DNA of 64,000 nt from NCBI GenBank assembly GCA_022819945.1, contig JAJEGI010000015.1, forward strand, positions 11,807 to 75,806, read 5' to 3'. This document shows positions 50,946-60,397 of the stretch, piece by piece. Each line of letters begins with the position of its first letter. Positions within the stretch are counted from its first letter, which is position 1. The stretch comes from Candidatus Poribacteria bacterium. GTDB taxonomy: Bacteria > Poribacteria > WGA-4E > WGA-3G. The notes beneath the pieces are model-generated. The model was not told where the DNA came from. It ran no database searches and was given only the letters and a program-made list of their open reading frames with translations. The translations under genes were made by a program, and so were the position numbers.

Positions 50946-52007
50946 ATGGAAAAGCAGTTACAACCGAAATCACATAGCATCGCGATTCTTGCGGAAGGTT
51001 CGTTTGGCATCCTTGAATCAAAAACGGCTACGGTCTTAGTCCGCTATCTCCCGGACAATGTTGTCGCAGTTATTGATAGTGCCAATGCTGGACGGGATGT
51101 CAGCGAGGTTATTGAGATTGGGGAAGGTATTCCGATTGTCCGTGATCTCGCTGAAGCAATGCAGTTCAATCCGACGATGCTTGCTATCGGTATTGCGCCA
51201 CCCGGCGGCGAGTTGCCACACCCGTGGCGCGCAATCCTCCACGAGGCGATACACAACGGTTTGCATATCATGAGCGGTCTTCATCAATTCCTAAGCGAAG
51301 ACGCAGAACTCTCCGAACTGGCAGCGGCACACGATGTGGTTTTATGGGATGCCCGAAAACCGCCTGCGGATCTACCCGTCGCGACATGCAAAGCCGATGG
51401 GGTTGATGCCACGGTTATCCTGACTGTCGGTTCAGATTGCCGCGTCGGGAAGATGTTATCTGGTATAGAGGTAACGCGCGCTGCGCGTGGTCGTGGTGTG
51501 AATGCTGAATTCTGCCCGACGGGACAAAATGGAATTATGGTTTGGGGGTGGGGTATTGCGATAGATGCCGTCGTCTCCGATTTTACTGCCGGTGCAGCAG
51601 AGCAGATTGTCCTGCAAGGCGCGAAAGATCACGAGTTGCTTATCGTCGAAGGACAAGGTTCACTGGTGCATCCTGGGTATTCAGGGGTAACGTTAAGTCT
51701 ACTGCACGGTAGTCTACCGGATGCGATGATATTCTGTCATCAGCCGTCACGGGATACGGTTGCGCGGTATACAGTGCCGTTACCGTCGTTAACTGAGATG
51801 ATTGCACATTACGAAACGTTGGCTGCGCCGATAAAACCGGCGAAAGTGATTGGACTGGCGTTGAATTGTTTTGATCTCTCTGAAGATGAGGCACAAGCGG
51901 CGATAAAAGCAGCAGAGGCGGAAACAGGGTTGCCAGCAACGGATGTCGTGCGGTTCGGTGCGGATAAACTCGTTGACGCCGTTCAAAAAGTGCATACTGA
52001 AAAATAG
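50946..52007 (+). CDS. DUF1611-family protein (Rossmann-like; DgcN-like)
   Basis: 353 aa; resemblance to the DUF1611 family by overall pattern ('IAILAEGSFG', 'GVNAEFCPTGQ'). Confidence 0.5.
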   Translation: MEKQLQPKSHSIAILAEGSFGILESKTATVLVRYLPDNVVAVIDSANAGRDVSEVIEIGEGIPIVRDLAEAMQFNPTMLAIGIAPPGGELPHPWRAILHEAIHNGLHIMSGLHQFLSEDAELSELAAAHDVVLWDARKPPADLPVATCKADGVDATVILTVGSDCRVGKMLSGIEVTRAARGRGVNAEFCPTGQNGIMVWGWGIAIDAVVSDFTAGAAEQIVLQGAKDHELLIVEGQGSLVHPGYSGVTLSLLHGSLPDAMIFCHQPSRDTVARYTVPLPSLTEMIAHYETLAAPIKPAKVIGLALNCFDLSEDEAQAAIKAAEAETGLPATDVVRFGADKLVDAVQKVHTEK

Positions 52008-52023
52008 CAAGGGAGTCTTTTCT

Positions 52024-52272
52024 ATGACGACCCGTCAATGGTCAGTAGAAACCAAGAGTCCTCATACTGTTCGAGTTGATCACTGGAATACGTGGTCCGG
52101 CAAGGTACATATCTATGTTGATGACGAATTAGTTTACGAAAGACCTCGTAAATTGTTCGATACAGGACTTGAGCATCGCTTCAAAGTTGATGATTTACCC
52201 TATATCGTCCGGATTTTCTATCGGGCATGGTCCTTTGAATATGAACTGTGGGTTGACGGTAAACTGCAATAA
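52024..52272 (+). CDS. hypothetical small protein
   Basis: 82 aa from ATG 52024 (the ORF-track start 51943 overlaps the preceding gene); no family recognised. Confidence 0.3.
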   Translation: MTTRQWSVETKSPHTVRVDHWNTWSGKVHIYVDDELVYERPRKLFDTGLEHRFKVDDLPYIVRIFYRAWSFEYELWVDGKLQ

Positions 52273-52331
52273 TTTATTTTTCAAAACGCAGCGAAGACCA
52301 TTTTGAAGTTAACAAAGGAGATGTAAAACCT

Positions 52332-53132
52332 ATGACTGATGAAGAAAAATTTCGATTTGACTTGAGCGGATTCCTTGTGCGTCCTGCGATCCTTGAACGC
52401 GATGAAGTGGACGCAATCGTTGATCAGATTGAGAAGATACACCACAACCCAGGATCTTTACCGCCAGAACACCGCGCTGTACCGGGTGGTCCGGCAAGTG
52501 TCCTGATTGACCATCCGAAGGTGCTTGATGTGTTGCATGAAATCATTGGACCCGATGTCCGATTGGAGAATTGCTCCTCTGTCTGGCGTGAAAAAGGGCA
52601 GGAACACGGTGGACTTCACGGGGGTGGACCACAGCAAGGTGATCCGATTTTCGGATACCGCGTCAACAACGGGCGGATTCACGCAGGAATGGTGCGGGTC
52701 GTTTTTGAACTCACAGATGTCACGAAAAAGGACGGTGCGACGCATTTTATAGCCGGTAGTCATAAGTCTAACTTCCCGATGCACGCTGATCACATGTCAT
52801 TAGAGGATGCGGAACGGAGTCCGTTCCTGATGTCGTATGATTGCCCGGCTGGCAGCGCCATCTTCTTTACGGAAAACCTCTGTCATGCGGGGCCTGTATG
52901 GCAACGAGAGGCACCGCGCGTGGCAGTCCTAAACGCTTATGCACATCTCGCAACGCACTGGCATCGGTTGAAGACCCCACCTGAAGTGCTCGCTGCCTTA
53001 CCGCGTGAGAAACAGGCATACTTCCGTGAACCGTGGGTTGCCGACTTTCGGACGAGTCCAGCAACAATTAACACGATTGAACGATTCATTAACAACGATG
53101 AACCGCCTGTTAACACCGATACCAAGCCGTGA
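52332..53132 (+). CDS. PhyH-family dioxygenase paralogue
   Basis: 266 aa; 'FDLSGFLVRPAIL', 'IAGSHKS'. Confidence 0.65.
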   Translation: MTDEEKFRFDLSGFLVRPAILERDEVDAIVDQIEKIHHNPGSLPPEHRAVPGGPASVLIDHPKVLDVLHEIIGPDVRLENCSSVWREKGQEHGGLHGGGPQQGDPIFGYRVNNGRIHAGMVRVVFELTDVTKKDGATHFIAGSHKSNFPMHADHMSLEDAERSPFLMSYDCPAGSAIFFTENLCHAGPVWQREAPRVAVLNAYAHLATHWHRLKTPPEVLAALPREKQAYFREPWVADFRTSPATINTIERFINNDEPPVNTDTKP

Positions 53133-53158
53133 ATTAAAGTGGCGAGGTTGAATAAAGA

Positions 53159-55027
53159 TTAAATCATTAATTCGGTATTATACGTAGTCTCAACGGTTGC
53201 GAGATCCCAGATAAGGATTGTGCCGTCTGCACTACCGCTGGCAAATGTTCTACCATCTGGACTGAATGCCAATGTGCAAACCCTATAATTCTTAATGATT
53301 GCACGCTGCTGGTTGGTGATAGGGTCCCATAATCGGATCGTGTTGTCCTCAGCGTCACCGCCGCTTATAAACGTGCGTCCATCTGGCGAAAATGCAACCG
53401 TCTCAACAGTATCGGTATGCCCGATAAGGGTAGCGATATGCTGACAACTGTTCATATCCCAGAGTCTGATGGTCCTATCAGAACTCCCACTGGCGAGGAT
53501 GCTACCATCTGGTGAAAACGCGAGTGTCTTAACAGCATCGGTATGTCCCGTAAGTACAGTGAGATAATGACCTGTAACAGCATTCCATAATCGAATTGTT
53601 CCATCTTCACCACCACTGGCGAGCGTTCTCCCATCTGAGGAAAATGCAACTGTTTTAACATCATCCGTATGGCCTGTTAAGACTGCTAATAGGTTTTCAG
53701 TATCAATATCCCACAATCGCACGATGTTGTCTTCACCGCCACTGGCGAGTATAGGACTGTTCGGCGCGAATGCCAATGCGGTAACTATATCCGTATGTTC
53801 CAATATCCCCGTCTCGGTGCCGGTATTTACATTCCACAAGAAAATCCTTTCATCTTGACTCGCGCTGGCGAGGATGGTGCCGTCTGGTGAAAAGGCAATA
53901 TCCTCAATCAGATATTCATGACCGTTGAAGGCTTGTGACTCAGTGCGGGTATATAGGTCCCACAATCGAAGTTTTTCGTCACGACTGCCGCTGGCGAGAA
54001 GGCTACCATCAGGAGAGAATGCTACGGAATTAATCCACTCGATATGTCCGTCAATAATCGCCATTTCTGCGCCAGTATCCGGATTCCAGAACCGAATCGT
54101 ATGATCCCGACTTGCACTGGCAAGCACTGCGCCATCCGGTGAAAAAGAGATAGCGGAAACAGCCTCTTTATGCGCTTTGAGGGTCGTCTGCTCGGTGCCT
54201 GTATCGGCGTTCCAGAGCCGAACGGTCTGGTCGCCACTCCCACTTGCGAGGCGGGTTCCGTCAGTCGAAAATTCCAAATTACCGACGACTCCGATGTTTG
54301 TAGCGAAGGTTGCCAAGTTCTCACCGGTGGTGGTATCCCACAAACGGAGCGTCTCATCCCGACTTCCGCTAACGAGATTCATACCATTCGGAGAAAATGC
54401 CAACGCCATAACGCCATGCGTATGTCCTGTGAGTGTGATGAGTTGTCTTCCAGTGTGGGCATCCCAGAGTTTGATGGTGAAGTCGTTACTGCCGCTGGCG
54501 AGCGTTGTGCCATCGGATGATAACGCCAGCGCATTGATCGGATACGCATGTCCAATAACATGAAAAAGAAGGCGACCTGTGTGAATGTTCCAAAATCGGA
54601 TTTGTCGGTCCAAACCTGCACTGATGAGCGTGTTACCATCCGGAGAGACGACGAATGCCCAGACCTCATTTTCGTTATCTCCAAGTGTCATGGTGGTGCG
54701 ACGCTGTCGGGTATGAACATCCCATAACGAAATTGTGCTATCCGAATTTCCTGTTACAAGGGTTGCGCCATCATGCGAGAAAGCGAGCGAGATGACCCCT
54801 TGATCCTGTGCATGTTTAAAGAGGGCGAGTTCAGTACGGGTGTGTGCATCATACAGCCAAACGCCGATATAAGTGGCAACGGCGAGACGTGTTCCATCTG
54901 GCGAATACTGGATATCGGTTATTGCGCCTTTGCCGAGACGCGCCGAGGCACCTGAAGGTAGCTGCCATTTTGTGTAAGGTTGCGGATTTTGTGTGTTCAT
55001 CGGTCTAAATCGCGAGTCTTTGGACAA
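53159..55027 (-). CDS. WD40-repeat protein (>=12 repeats, cytoplasmic)
   Basis: 622 aa; repeated 'SPDG..LASGS.D.TI.LWD' units; no signal peptide. Confidence 0.8.
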   Translation of the reverse strand: MSKDSRFRPMNTQNPQPYTKWQLPSGASARLGKGAITDIQYSPDGTRLAVATYIGVWLYDAHTRTELALFKHAQDQGVISLAFSHDGATLVTGNSDSTISLWDVHTRQRRTTMTLGDNENEVWAFVVSPDGNTLISAGLDRQIRFWNIHTGRLLFHVIGHAYPINALALSSDGTTLASGSNDFTIKLWDAHTGRQLITLTGHTHGVMALAFSPNGMNLVSGSRDETLRLWDTTTGENLATFATNIGVVGNLEFSTDGTRLASGSGDQTVRLWNADTGTEQTTLKAHKEAVSAISFSPDGAVLASASRDHTIRFWNPDTGAEMAIIDGHIEWINSVAFSPDGSLLASGSRDEKLRLWDLYTRTESQAFNGHEYLIEDIAFSPDGTILASASQDERIFLWNVNTGTETGILEHTDIVTALAFAPNSPILASGGEDNIVRLWDIDTENLLAVLTGHTDDVKTVAFSSDGRTLASGGEDGTIRLWNAVTGHYLTVLTGHTDAVKTLAFSPDGSILASGSSDRTIRLWDMNSCQHIATLIGHTDTVETVAFSPDGRTFISGGDAEDNTIRLWDPITNQQRAIIKNYRVCTLAFSPDGRTFASGSADGTILIWDLATVETTYNTELMI

Positions 55028-55284
55028 TTAATAGAGCAGGATCAAGTAATTTTATCTATTCCTTTTAACCCAATCCATCACATAAAAATTCATAAAAAAT
55101 TGTCCAAAGTTTAGTCTTCAGTTGTGTTAAAAACACCTTGCTTTTTCGCCCTGAATAAGGTATAATAACCGTGAATTATTTAGAATTGTAGATGGGTATC
55201 CAACACTACACCTTCTGACATAGATAGCATACTACATTGCCTATAAGAAACCGTAAATTCCTCGCGATTGCATGGAGAAACCCG

Positions 55285-58200
55285 ATGAATATTTTTCGCG
55301 ATTTAAATGAAAAACAGATAGAAGCGGTAACGCACAAAGATGGTCCTCTACTTGTCATCGCAGGTCCCGGTACTGGTAAAACGAAGGTTATTACACACCG
55401 CATTGAGCATCTGATCCGCGAACACAATATCAGACCTGAGCAGATTCTTGCGATTACGTTTACCAATAAAGCAGCGGAAGAGATGCAGGAACGCATCAAC
55501 ACCGAGATCGGCGAACCGCACGGATCCAGCGTTAAGGCTTGTACCTTCCATGCATTTTGTGTCAAAGTGCTAAGGAAACACGCGCTAAAGATCGGATTAA
55601 GCGAAAACTTCACCATCTTTGATCAGGAACTTCAAGACGAGATATTAACAGAAAGCACCCGTGAGTTGAACCTCAACGCTGACGACTATCCACCATGGTT
55701 GCTGCGAAACATTATCAGCGATGCTAAATGCACACTACAAAATCCAGTTGAAGCGGTCAATAACACGGATATTTACGACTCAGAGACGCTCGAAAATATC
55801 CGAAGTATATTGCAAACCTACCAGCATAAACTCGACAAATATGATGCCCTCGATTTTGATGACCTTCTGCTGAAAACCGTTGAACTGTTAGGCGTAGAAG
55901 AAGTCAAAGAAGCCTATCATCAGGAAATTTCCTACATTCTTGTTGACGAATTTCACGATGTGAACCGCGTACAGTACTATCTACTCCAACGGCTCTGTGC
56001 CGCACCGGCGCATAATCTCATGGTCGTCGCCGATGAAGATCAGTCTATCTATAGTTGGCGCGGGTCAAGCCCAGCGTATATTGACAATTTCAGAACAGAC
56101 TTCGACCCGCGAACCGTCGAGCTGGACGATCATTATAGGTGCAGCGAGAAAATCCTACGTGCCGCGGAAGAAGTCATCTCCAGAAATCCAGAGCGGCAGA
56201 AACAGCATACCCTCAGAACCCACAAAGATGCCGGACGCGACATTTTTCACTACACTTTTGACACACCGATAGCGGAAGCACTTGGTATCATCAGTGTTAT
56301 TGAGAATTTAGTAAAGCGTCGTAGCTATTCCTATCGCGATATTGCGGTCTTTTACCGGACCCATAGACTTGCTGATGTTTTGGCAGAGCAACTGCTACGT
56401 GCCGACATTAAATTCCAGCGGATTCTACCGACGAATTCCTTTGGCGAAGGACACAGCAAAGGGATCCTCGCGTATCTCCGTCTCATCCAGTGGCAGCTTC
56501 CACAAGACTTGGAACAGGCAATCAATTTTCCTGAGACCTGTATTGACGATTTGACATGGGTACGTCTCAAGTGGCTTGCACAGCGTGAACGTATCGAGTT
56601 TATAGAGCTTCTGAGAAATATTGAGGCATACCCTGAAGATGTCGGTCCGTTAACACGCCAAAATGTCCATCAATTTTGGACACAGCTTGAGAAATTATCG
56701 ACTGAACTTGAAGCCGAGAAGACTGATAAAATCATTCAGAAACTCTTTGATGTCTTAGAACTCTCTCGTTCTGCTTACCGTGCCGAAGAATTGGAAATTA
56801 TCGAAAAACGACCTGAATTGCCGAATCTTGTGACCGCGCGGGATGTTCTCTACAGTGCACTTAACCTTGACGAACCGATTCAGGTTACCGCCAGCTACGG
56901 CATCGACGAGTATTGTGCAGCGCACATTATCCACCAGACGCTTGAAATCTATCTGGATAAGCATGCGGAACTTCATTTTCTGCCGCTTGATGAAAAGAGA
57001 CCGCCGCAATTTGACAACGGCGTGCATCTACTTATTGGTGATTTTGAAGAACTTAGAGAAACAGGACGGGATGCGCGGACAATTCTCATCGGCGCAGCAG
57101 GGACAGCAGATAGCGATGTAACCCACCTCGAAACCGAAGACGTTCGGAGCATCGCGGCACTCAAATTTTGCCAACGTCTTATTAACCGTTTTGAGAGTCC
57201 AAATATGGCGGATATGGTTGTCTATGATTTGGAGACAACCGGTATCAATCCGAAAACGGCACAAATTGTTGAGATCGCCGCGCGCCGTCTCAATGCAATT
57301 GGAGATGATGTTGAAACCTATTACTGCTTAGTAAAACCGCCGGGTGGACACATTCCGCGTGCGGCCACACGCATTCACCAAATTGATGAAGAAACCGTCA
57401 AAGATGCCCCTGGGATTGAATTGGTCCTGCCTGAATTCTTTGGGTTTATTCAAGATCGGATTTTGATTGGACACAATGTAGCGGAATACGATAATCCAAT
57501 CCTTGCGCGCGACCTTCAAACATATTTGAAAACGGGGTTATCAGCACCGCATTACGATACCCTCACTACGGCGCGTAGGCTTTTCCCGCGACAGCGGTGT
57601 AGCATGGGTGCGCTTGCCGAAAAATTTGGGATTGAACATGGTCGCTTACACGGTGCCTTAGAGGATGTTCGCGTCAATCGAGAGATCTTCAAAGAACTCA
57701 TCAAAATCGATGCTTACAAACGCGAAATGAAATCCCTGACCGAACTGCTACCGCTCGTGGGGCTTGGTATCCTCGCCAAAACAGAGGCATCGCAGCAAGA
57801 AGCAGCAGATACAAGAGATACCTTAACCGAAACAGATGTATACCTTAATGCCGCGAAACGTTTTGCCCAGACACACAACACTGTGCTGCCGGATCGTCTA
57901 CCGCTTGAAGCAGCAGAAGCAGCAGAGGCGACAGCATATATGGAAGAATTACAAGATACGGTTGTCCCAGAATTCCGAGAAGATATTGAATGGCGGCAAC
58001 GCCGTATTCAGTTTATGAACGCAGTCATCCATTTTGAATCCGTGAATGACGAGCATCAACTCACCAACTTCTTGGACTATCAGAAGTTGCTCACCAATAT
58101 TGATGAACTCGACGATACAACTGAGCAACTGACCTTAATGACGTTACATGCAGCGAAAGGAACGGAATTCCCAGTCGTTATCATTCTCGGTATGGAAGAG

Positions 58201-58413
58201 GGAAGTTTTCCGATGTGGAAGCAGAATATTACAGAAGAAGAAATTGAAGAGGAGCGTCGCCTTTTTTATGTTGGCATGACCCGCGCGCAAAATCAACTCT
58301 ATCTGTCCTCCACAATCTATCGCACGGGTGATCGAGATCGCGCTGCATCCATGTTCGTTCGTGAGGTGCCATCTAATTATGTGATTAAATGGCCTCAGTC
58401 AAAACGGGGGTAA
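55285..58413 (+). CDS. UvrD/PcrA-family SF1 helicase with an embedded DnaQ-like DEDDh 3'-5' exonuclease domain
   Basis: Start at ATG 55285 (GGAG RBS). UvrD motifs 'VIAGPGTGKTKVITHRI', 'ILVDEFHDVN', 'NYRC'. Internal 'VVYDLETTGINP...IVEIAA...HNVAEYDNPIL...HGALEDV' is an exonuclease-epsilon signature. C-terminal 'LMTLHAAKGTEFPVVIILG' and 'RRLFYVGMTRA' are UvrD_C motifs. Confidence 0.8.
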   Translation: MNIFRDLNEKQIEAVTHKDGPLLVIAGPGTGKTKVITHRIEHLIREHNIRPEQILAITFTNKAAEEMQERINTEIGEPHGSSVKACTFHAFCVKVLRKHALKIGLSENFTIFDQELQDEILTESTRELNLNADDYPPWLLRNIISDAKCTLQNPVEAVNNTDIYDSETLENIRSILQTYQHKLDKYDALDFDDLLLKTVELLGVEEVKEAYHQEISYILVDEFHDVNRVQYYLLQRLCAAPAHNLMVVADEDQSIYSWRGSSPAYIDNFRTDFDPRTVELDDHYRCSEKILRAAEEVISRNPERQKQHTLRTHKDAGRDIFHYTFDTPIAEALGIISVIENLVKRRSYSYRDIAVFYRTHRLADVLAEQLLRADIKFQRILPTNSFGEGHSKGILAYLRLIQWQLPQDLEQAINFPETCIDDLTWVRLKWLAQRERIEFIELLRNIEAYPEDVGPLTRQNVHQFWTQLEKLSTELEAEKTDKIIQKLFDVLELSRSAYRAEELEIIEKRPELPNLVTARDVLYSALNLDEPIQVTASYGIDEYCAAHIIHQTLEIYLDKHAELHFLPLDEKRPPQFDNGVHLLIGDFEELRETGRDARTILIGAAGTADSDVTHLETEDVRSIAALKFCQRLINRFESPNMADMVVYDLETTGINPKTAQIVEIAARRLNAIGDDVETYYCLVKPPGGHIPRAATRIHQIDEETVKDAPGIELVLPEFFGFIQDRILIGHNVAEYDNPILARDLQTYLKTGLSAPHYDTLTTARRLFPRQRCSMGALAEKFGIEHGRLHGALEDVRVNREIFKELIKIDAYKREMKSLTELLPLVGLGILAKTEASQQEAADTRDTLTETDVYLNAAKRFAQTHNTVLPDRLPLEAAEAAEATAYMEELQDTVVPEFREDIEWRQRRIQFMNAVIHFESVNDEHQLTNFLDYQKLLTNIDELDDTTEQLTLMTLHAAKGTEFPVVIILGMEEGSFPMWKQNITEEEIEEERRLFYVGMTRAQNQLYLSSTIYRTGDRDRAASMFVREVPSNYVIKWPQSKRG

Positions 58414-58464
58414 GTGCCCTAACCTCAATTACAGAAAATTGAGACTGTAGATCGCGGTTAACGG

Positions 58465-60363
58465 TTATTGATCTGGACGGATCTTCTCCCAATCCCATAG
58501 CAGGATCGCGCCGCCAGCATTCCAACTGGCGAGTGTCTTGCCATCGGGTGAAAACGTAACTGCATTAACCTCTTCTGTATCATCTATAAGTGTTGTAAGG
58601 TGGGCAGCAGTGGCGACATCCCATAACTGTACTTTGCCAGCAGTACACCCACTTATCAGTGTTTCCCCATCAAGCGAGAATGCCAAGGTACGTATTGGAC
58701 GATGGTCACCTTCAGAAGTTGCTAACCTTCGGCGATGACCCACATCCCAGAGCAAAAATGCATCCCATCCACCGCTTGCGAATAGACTGCCATCCGATGA
58801 AAACGCGATTGCCCATACATCGCGTTTATCGCCAATAAAAGTGGATACCAATTCGCCATTAATCGTGTCCCACAAGTGGACTATGTTGTTCTGATCTACA
58901 CTTGCGAAGGTTGTACCATCTGGCGAAAACGCAACCATTTTGGATATCCCTCCACCAACTTTAAGGGTTCCCAATAATTCTCCGCTTCGGACATCCCACC
59001 ACCAGATTTTCTGAGGCAGCCCTGCACTTGCGAGTGTGGTGCCATCGGGAGAAAACGCTAATGTCGTGGGGGTTTTCATATCCTCGTGGCGAATCAACAA
59101 CGCTTTTTCTGTCTTCGTATCCCACAAATGGATTGCCCCGTTAGCGTTTCCATTAGCAAACATGGTGCCATCTCGTGAAAATGCCAAGGTCGTCGGAGTC
59201 CTCATACTTTCATGACGGATCGTTTCTGCCTTTTCTTTCTCAATATCCCACAGATGGATTGTATCATCGGCGTTTCCAGTGGCAAGCGTCCGACTGTCCG
59301 GCGAAAACGCCAACACAGTTCCAACGCTCCTATGTGCTATCGCAGGAAAATGTTGCTCGCCGTTAGTCGTATTCCAAAACCGGATTGTGCCGCTTTGCGT
59401 CACTGTCGTGAGCGTTTCGCCATCTGGGGAGAACGCCAGTGCATTCGCCCAACCTGGATGATCTGTCGGAAATATAGGAAATTTATTGGCACCAGTAACC
59501 AAATTCAACCACTCAACCGCATCTGTATCTCCGCCAATAGCGAGTTTCGTGCCGTCTGGTGAGAATGCTAACGCGTCAACCGACCAGTTATGTGAATGAT
59601 GCTCCTGCTGTACTTCACCGGTTTTTATGTCCCATACGAAAAGCGTTGGCCACTCGCTGCCACCACTGGCAATCATCTTTCCATCCGGTGAAAACGCCAA
59701 TTCAGTAATAAAAATTTCAGTATTAATATTTTTATGCTCAAGGAAAGTATACCAATGTTTACCCGTTTCTGGATTCCATAAACGGACCGTTCTGTCCGAA
59801 CTTCCGCTACCGAGTGTGTTACCATCCGGTGAAAACGCAACGATGTTGACAGCATCTGTATGTCCAGTGAGATGTCTACGCAGTTTACCTGTCTCTGTAT
59901 CCCAGATGCTGATTGTCCGATCACGGCTTCCGCTGGCGAGTGTTGCACCATCGGGTGAGAACACAACTGACAAAACGTGTTGTGTATGTATCGGCGGAAA
60001 ATGTCTAATTCTCCCTGTATCTAAACGCCGCAACCAAATTGTTCCTTCATCACTACCACAGGCAATTGTTTTACCATCCGGTGAGAAGGCAATCGCAGAA
60101 ACATCAAAAGGCGTTGCGGGTTCCAAGGCGGTTTCCGTACCAGTGGCAGCATCATAAAGCCAAATACCGACGCTACTTGCGACTGCGATTTGGGTCCGAT
60201 CTGGTGAGAAGGCCGTATCCGTTATCACACCTTTATTGATACCGAATCGTGCTTTGGCACCGAAAGGTAATGGCTGCTGTGCATCAATATTTTCATACCC
60301 TGTAATGAGCAGCAATAGACAGATGAATATGATGAAATGCTTACAATTTGTCACATTTTTCAA
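58465..60363 (-). CDS. secreted WD40-repeat protein
   Basis: 632 aa with signal peptide 'FIIFICLLLLITG'; >=12 'FSPDG..LASG..D.TI.LWD' repeats. Confidence 0.8.
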   Translation of the reverse strand: MKNVTNCKHFIIFICLLLLITGYENIDAQQPLPFGAKARFGINKGVITDTAFSPDRTQIAVASSVGIWLYDAATGTETALEPATPFDVSAIAFSPDGKTIACGSDEGTIWLRRLDTGRIRHFPPIHTQHVLSVVFSPDGATLASGSRDRTISIWDTETGKLRRHLTGHTDAVNIVAFSPDGNTLGSGSSDRTVRLWNPETGKHWYTFLEHKNINTEIFITELAFSPDGKMIASGGSEWPTLFVWDIKTGEVQQEHHSHNWSVDALAFSPDGTKLAIGGDTDAVEWLNLVTGANKFPIFPTDHPGWANALAFSPDGETLTTVTQSGTIRFWNTTNGEQHFPAIAHRSVGTVLAFSPDSRTLATGNADDTIHLWDIEKEKAETIRHESMRTPTTLAFSRDGTMFANGNANGAIHLWDTKTEKALLIRHEDMKTPTTLAFSPDGTTLASAGLPQKIWWWDVRSGELLGTLKVGGGISKMVAFSPDGTTFASVDQNNIVHLWDTINGELVSTFIGDKRDVWAIAFSSDGSLFASGGWDAFLLWDVGHRRRLATSEGDHRPIRTLAFSLDGETLISGCTAGKVQLWDVATAAHLTTLIDDTEEVNAVTFSPDGKTLASWNAGGAILLWDWEKIRPDQ

Positions 60364-60397
60364 CCTTGATTCATATCATAGTGTTAATTGATTCTTT

